Part shown: piece by piece, positions 59,257 to 64,000 of the stretch
Numbering within the stretch: position 1 is the first letter of the stretch
Layout of the letters: each line of letters begins with the position of its first letter
Source of the DNA: Sphaerochaetaceae bacterium
Lineage (GTDB): Bacteria > Spirochaetota > Spirochaetia > Sphaerochaetales > Sphaerochaetaceae
Direction: 5' to 3'
DNA: 64,000 nt
Assembly: GCA_041655255.1 (NCBI GenBank)
Contig: JBBAFS010000002.1
Coordinates: forward strand, 718-64,717
Position numbers and translations under genes: made by a program
Notes under the pieces: generated by a model
Told to the model about the DNA's origin: nothing
Database searches by the model: none
What the model saw: the letters and a program-made list of their open reading frames with translations, nothing else

Positions 59257-60682
59257 ACAGGTGGTTAATCTACGAAATATCTCTTTTAGTTACCATCGCT
59301 ACGATGGCAAAGAGGCATTACCTCTGTTCTCTGATCTTAATTTCTCTTTAGGTTCTTTAGAAAATGCCCTTATTGTCTCACCTCCCGATAGCGGGAAATC
59401 GACTCTCTCACGTATATTATGCTCTTTAGCCACACGTCATAACGAGGGAGTAGTGACAGGAGAGATGAGTATCTTCAACACAAATCTTCTTACAACTATG
59501 CCATGGGATCTCACCGATATTGTTACCTTAGTAAGTCAAAATAGCAGTGAACAACTGATGATGAGTAGTTGTGGCGAAGAGATTGCCTTTCCACTTGAGT
59601 CGTTAGCTCTCCCACAAAAAGAGATTCATCGACGAGTCGATGAGGCATTACACTCGTGGGATCTTCTCCGTTACAAAGAGCGTAACCCTCAAGAACTCTC
59701 AGGAGGGGAACAAAAAAGATTGCTTTTGGCAGTGGCCGATGCGTTAGATACGCCTTTGTGGGTCTTAGATGAACCATTTGATAACCTCGATACACAATGG
59801 CGTGAGAAATTAGTAGATCTTCTTACATCAAAAAAGCGTTCAGTAATTGTGTTTGCTTCTCGTTTTCTTCCTATCTATGAAGAGTTGTTTCACGCTTATT
59901 ACTATCTCGATGAGAAGGGACTACATCACTCTGATTCAAAGCAGCTTTCTGAGATGGATCCTCTTATGCCACTTCCAAAGGTAACAACGAGTGTTCCACA
60001 TCTTTCGAATATTCAGATGAAGACTCTACAGTGTAAAAACGTACACATTGATCACACAACCCCATCTTCTGACTCTAAAGCCCTTTTTCATCTGAGTGTT
60101 CCCCATTTTGAGTTACATAAAGATGAAGTAGTTGCTTTAGTAGGTCCAAATGGATCAGGAAAAACAACCTTCAGTCGTCATCTTTGTGGTCTCCAAGCTT
60201 TACAAGAGGGAAGCATTACCATAAACAATGAATTAATAGATCAATTTCGTCTTAAAAGAGAAGTAGGGTATCTATTTCAAAATCCCGATTTTGGCCTTTT
60301 TTTACCTACCGTAAGAGAAGAGCTTATCTATGCTCATCGATTCAATAAAGATCTCACTTCTCAACAAAAAAAAGAGATGGTACACACATGTGCATCGATG
60401 TATCACCTAGATGTCGATGCACATCCTACGATGATGAGTTACGGCTCCCGTAAAGGTGTACAAGCTGCTATATACCACCTGTTGAATCGACCTTTCATTA
60501 TCTTGGATGAACTTGATAGCGGAGTAACATACCAACGTGCATGTGAGATTGTCTCACTATTGCGTAGTCGTGGATCAACACTGTTGGTCATTACCCACGA
60601 TCCGATGTTTGCTCAACACATTGCTGATCGACAATACTCCATTGTCGATGGTGCGATGATTGAAACAGAGGTGGGATCATGA
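59246..60682 (+). CDS. ECF transporter ATPase, fused duplicated EcfA-EcfA'
   Basis: Two ABC domains (PPDSGKST...LSGGEQKR...LDEP and GPNGSGKTT...LDELDSG). Followed by T and S components. Confidence 0.85.
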   Translation: MKVKQVVNLRNISFSYHRYDGKEALPLFSDLNFSLGSLENALIVSPPDSGKSTLSRILCSLATRHNEGVVTGEMSIFNTNLLTTMPWDLTDIVTLVSQNSSEQLMMSSCGEEIAFPLESLALPQKEIHRRVDEALHSWDLLRYKERNPQELSGGEQKRLLLAVADALDTPLWVLDEPFDNLDTQWREKLVDLLTSKKRSVIVFASRFLPIYEELFHAYYYLDEKGLHHSDSKQLSEMDPLMPLPKVTTSVPHLSNIQMKTLQCKNVHIDHTTPSSDSKALFHLSVPHFELHKDEVVALVGPNGSGKTTFSRHLCGLQALQEGSITINNELIDQFRLKREVGYLFQNPDFGLFLPTVREELIYAHRFNKDLTSQQKKEMVHTCASMYHLDVDAHPTMMSYGSRKGVQAAIYHLLNRPFIILDELDSGVTYQRACEIVSLLRSRGSTLLVITHDPMFAQHIADRQYSIVDGAMIETEVGS

Positions 60683-61440
60683 ACACAAACCTCTATATCA
60701 ATCAAAGTGGAGTGTTGTATCGCTTCGACCCTCGAGCAAAACTGTTGATGTTAGTTGTGTTATCAATAGTGTTGTTTCTCCCACTTTCACTTCATGTGTT
60801 GTGGCTCTGTGTTGTTATTTCGATGCTCACTGCTTTGGTTGTAGGGAGATTTCGCTCTTCTTTACGTCCATTAAAAACAATTCTATTGTTATTAATCCTG
60901 ATGGTCATATTTGCCCCATTGAGTGAGCGGGGTGGAACTATTGCCTTTGTCATCTACCGTAATATCTACGTCACCAATGAAGCACTAGAGGCATTAAGTC
61001 GTTTAGCTTCTCGATTAATTACGATCACCTATTTATTTACAATTGTGATGTGGACCACTACAATAAGTGAGATGAACCTCGCGTTCCAATGGTACGGTCT
61101 CTCGTATAAGGGTTCACTTATTATGAGTCTTGCGTTTCGCTTTGTCCCCTCTATAGCCGACTCGTTTACAACTATCCAACAAGCCTTTGAGCTACGTGAA
61201 GAGGGCCCTGAGAAGAGAAAAAAGAGGATGAGAGACGTCCTACCTACAGTCATTGCAGCTTTAGTGGTAGCGATTAAATCGATTCCGTATGTTGCAATGA
61301 ATCTTGAACATCGTGGTTTAGGAAGAGATCAGAAGCGTTCTCGATATAAAGAACTTGAAACAAAAAGGTCTCTTGTTGTACACCTTGTTATCGCTTTAAT
61401 AATCCCAGCGTGTATCGCATTCGTGGGAATCTGCTGGTAG
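60679..61440 (+). CDS. ecfT: ECF transporter transmembrane (T) component (EcfT/CbiQ family)
   Basis: 253 aa, DPRAKLL start region, AxRxR-type coupling helices (ALELRE... context), operon position. Confidence 0.8.
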   Translation: MNTNLYINQSGVLYRFDPRAKLLMLVVLSIVLFLPLSLHVLWLCVVISMLTALVVGRFRSSLRPLKTILLLLILMVIFAPLSERGGTIAFVIYRNIYVTNEALEALSRLASRLITITYLFTIVMWTTTISEMNLAFQWYGLSYKGSLIMSLAFRFVPSIADSFTTIQQAFELREEGPEKRKKRMRDVLPTVIAALVVAIKSIPYVAMNLEHRGLGRDQKRSRYKELETKRSLVVHLVIALIIPACIAFVGICW

Positions 61441-61450
61441 GAGAGTTGAT

Positions 61451-61996
61451 ATGAGAGTATCTACATCAAAGAGTCTAAGCGCAACTCACATTGCCTTAAC
61501 AGCTGTATTAACTGCAGTTGTTGTTGTATTTACCTTAATAGTGAGAGTTCCAACTCCCATTAAAGGGTATATTAGTTTATGTGATGTTATTATCGCATTT
61601 TCTGCATATTTATTTGGTCCATGGGTGGCATTTGTCGCTGGAGGACTAGGAACCGGCTTAGCCGATTTTATTGGTGGATATCCGCAGTGGGCTCCGCTCT
61701 CTTTTGTTATTCACGGTGTTCAGGGCCTCCTCATTGGTCTTATTGCACGAAAAAAAGACAACGTGGGAATGTTTATCGATGCAAAGTTAATACGATTGGT
61801 GTTTGCAGGAGTTGTTGGTGTTGTTGTGATGAGTGGAGGATACTACCTCGCTGGCGGGGTACTGTATGGATTTAAAACAGCTTTAGTTGAAATTCCTCTT
61901 AACGTGTTACAATCGACCGTCGGCTTTATATTTGGAATTATTGTTATGAAGGCACTATTAAAAGCCTATCCTGCTGTTCGTCTCTTACGACGCTAA
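61451..61996 (+). CDS. ECF transporter substrate-specific (S) component, substrate unknown
   Basis: 181 aa, six hydrophobic helices, directly downstream of ecfT. Confidence 0.7.
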   Translation: MRVSTSKSLSATHIALTAVLTAVVVVFTLIVRVPTPIKGYISLCDVIIAFSAYLFGPWVAFVAGGLGTGLADFIGGYPQWAPLSFVIHGVQGLLIGLIARKKDNVGMFIDAKLIRLVFAGVVGVVVMSGGYYLAGGVLYGFKTALVEIPLNVLQSTVGFIFGIIVMKALLKAYPAVRLLRR

Positions 61997-62008
61997 AAGA
62001 GGAACCTT

Positions 62009-63229
62009 ATGAGCGAATCTACATTTGACACCATCTTAATCTATAATCCAGAGGGCAATGAACGCGAGCAACTGACTCGTTTTATACGCAGTTGTGAAGT
62101 CTATTGCGAAGTGGTGTTTAACCCCAAAGAAGTTGATCATGCTGTAGGGCTCATTGAAGTAAGTGATATCCCCTCCTTAAAAGAGGGTATCACGATCCCT
62201 TATTTGAATGTATCACCACATCACATTGATGAGAGCCAAGTAAAAGAGTTTCTCTTTGAGGTGTGTAAAGCTCAAAGAACATGGAGTGTAGAGAACATCA
62301 TTACTGATCAGATCAGGCAACTTCAAACACAATTGGGAAAGCACAACGTCTTATGTGGATTATCAGGTGGAGTGGACTCATCGGTAACAGCTGCTCTTTT
62401 ACAAAAAGCTGTTGGGAAACAAGTTCATTTGATGTTTGTAAATACCGGACTTCTTCGTAAAGGGGAAGTTGAAGAAGTTCACTCTCTATTTGGAGGAGAG
62501 AACTTTCACTACATCGATGCACAAAAAGAGTTTCTCTCTTCTTTGAAAGATGTCACTGATCCTGAAAAGAAGCGAAAGATTATTGGAGCTTTGTTTATTG
62601 AGATCTTTGAACGTGAAGCTAAAAAGTTAAATAACATCACCTTTTTAGCTCAAGGGACGTTATACCCCGATGTGATTGAATCATTACAACACCAAGATGG
62701 TTCATCAGTTGCTGTAAAAAGTCACCACAATGTTGGAGGGCTCCCTGAAAAGATGAACATGGTGTTAGTCGAACCACTGAAGCAACTCTTTAAAGATGAG
62801 GTACGGCTAGTGGGTCGTGCTTTAGGTCTCCCCGCGGAAGTGGTAGATCGTCACCCCTTTCCTGGTCCCGGTTTAGGTGTTCGTTGTATTGGTGCTATCA
62901 CCCCTGAGCGCTTAGAGACATTACGAGAAGTTGATGCAATCTTTATAAAAGAGTTACGAAAAGAGAACTTGTATGATCAGATCTGGCAAGCTCTGGCAAC
63001 ACTACTGCCAGTAAAAAGTGTCGGCTTAAGAGATGGTAGGCGTAATTACCAAGAGGTGTGTACCATCAGAGCAATTACCAGTGTCGATGCTATGAGTGCC
63101 ACAACCTATCCATTTACCCATCAGTTTTTACAACACCTCTCTGAAAAGATTGTGCGAGAGGTTCCACTAGTCAGTCGTGTGTTATACGACATCACAGATA
63201 AACCTCCCGCAACGATTGAGTGGGAGTAG
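62009..63229 (+). CDS. guaA: GMP synthase ATP-pyrophosphatase/dimerisation domains with a vestigial N-terminal amidotransferase remnant
   Basis: PP-loop GLSGGVDSSV, SHHNVGGLP, HPFPGPGLGVR, C-terminal KPPATIEWE. The N-terminus is only about 92 aa and lacks the GxCxG nucleophile region. Confidence 0.9.
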   Translation: MSESTFDTILIYNPEGNEREQLTRFIRSCEVYCEVVFNPKEVDHAVGLIEVSDIPSLKEGITIPYLNVSPHHIDESQVKEFLFEVCKAQRTWSVENIITDQIRQLQTQLGKHNVLCGLSGGVDSSVTAALLQKAVGKQVHLMFVNTGLLRKGEVEEVHSLFGGENFHYIDAQKEFLSSLKDVTDPEKKRKIIGALFIEIFEREAKKLNNITFLAQGTLYPDVIESLQHQDGSSVAVKSHHNVGGLPEKMNMVLVEPLKQLFKDEVRLVGRALGLPAEVVDRHPFPGPGLGVRCIGAITPERLETLREVDAIFIKELRKENLYDQIWQALATLLPVKSVGLRDGRRNYQEVCTIRAITSVDAMSATTYPFTHQFLQHLSEKIVREVPLVSRVLYDITDKPPATIEWE

Positions 63230-63360
63230 TTAAAAATAAACAAGAAAGATGATAAAGCCAATATTTGTAGAGGGTTAAGGTTCTCGACTGGAACGAAATT
63301 GGGTAAAAAAATTTTTTTGAATAACTCAAGAAATAATATCAAGTGGATTGCAAATAGGAA

Positions 63361-63399
63361 CACCATAGAAATCTTATTAAAAGAATCTATGGTGTTTTT
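63361..63399 (+). terminator. Rho-independent terminator about 130 nt downstream of guaA
   Basis: CACCATAGA ... TCTATGGTG, a 9-bp stem followed by TTTTT. Confidence 0.6.
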
Positions 63400-63495
63400 G
63401 CGTGTAAATTTATTTTTCAATAGATTTATTCCCTTCTAATTTCTTTAAAGTGGAGTTGTTTAATAGGGATTTTAATTGAAATCTAGCCATTTGAT

Positions 63496-64000
63496 TTAAT
63501 TTTTTTTTAGTCTTTCAGCTTGTGGTATATTCTCTGCAATGAATTGAGCATTAGTAGATTCAAGATTTGCCATTACTATTAATTCTTCTATGGTGGCGTA
63601 GTCTCTCATATTTCCTTCTTTATTAGGATTATTAGTTTTCCATTCCTTAGCAGTTAAGCCGAATAAGGCGACATTAAGCATATCTGCTTCATTTGCATAG
63701 GTAAATCCAATTTGGTTCTTGGTTAGCTTATTATGGATTAGGTTTTCTTTAATGGAATCAGTGTGGATATGATAATTTGTCTTTGATAATTCTCTTCTTA
63801 AATCCCAGGCTAAAGATAATCTATACTGTTCTTCTTCTCTTAATCTCTGATAGTCTTTAATTATATATAGTTTAAACTCTGGTGAAATCCAGGAGGCGAA
63901 TTCAAAGGCTATATCTTTATGTGCATATGTTCCTCCATACCTACCTGCCTTTGATGTAATGCCTATAGCACTAGTTGATTCTATCTATTGCTTAGGAGTT
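63496..64000 (-). pseudogene. KilA-N domain protein (phage/island-associated DNA-binding protein), amber-interrupted and running off the window
   Basis: Minus-strand frame reads ...TPKQ*IESTSAIGITSKAGRYGGTYAHKDIAFEFASWISPEFKLYIIKDYQRLREEE...ERLKKN*. There is an in-frame TAG at 63985-63987, where from memory homologs have Trp (PKQW). The local context is AT-rich. Confidence 0.6.

Noticed and set aside
63121-63420. 99-aa minus-strand ORF overlapping the 3' end of guaA
   Set aside because: It overlaps guaA by about 110 nt. The sequence is AT-rich and low in complexity, and the ORF spans a plus-strand terminator hairpin. It is likely spurious.

Overview
The window looks like a chromosomal segment of a diderm bacterium with about 40% G+C, judged by eye and not computed. 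The lineage is uncertain. Gene content (TolC/MacAB-type efflux, a sigma-54 enhancer-binding protein, OMPs ending in Phe) fits a Gram-negative-type envelope. Most of the 64 kb is densely packed housekeeping DNA: rlmL, hslO, pepF, rlmD/rumA, an opp-like operon, nadE, polA-coaE, an epmB/efp/epmA set, mnmE-mnmG-rsmG-uppP-ftsK, a DEAD-box helicase, plsC, an ECF transporter and guaA. I found no rRNA, tRNA or CRISPR array. Three patches look foreign or decayed: (i) a G+C-richer insert of about 1.6 kb in the 3' end of rumA, carrying a frameshifted Fic gene and a 455-nt ORF-free stretch; (ii) a roughly 760-bp scar holding the stop-interrupted C-terminal remnant of a Fic/AlbA-type regulator; (iii) an AT-rich right edge with a KilA-N gene interrupted by an amber codon. 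The best candidate for an undescribed system is a two-gene operon at 24.4-26.7 kb. It pairs a MazG-like NTP pyrophosphohydrolase with a PD-(D/E)xK nuclease fused to a DUF2075 (Schlafen-type) SF1 helicase/ATPase. The second candidate is the Opp-like ABC operon. Its permease carries a seven-bladed RCC1-type propeller in the first periplasmic loop, and one ATPase carries a coiled-coil insert of about 195 aa. Other points of note are a textbook sigma-54 promoter with an upstream palindrome in front of an efflux operon that encodes its own HK and EBP, a tandem triplication of small OMP genes, and a GuaA with a vestigial amidotransferase domain. All homology statements rest on motif recognition by eye. 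No database search was run.
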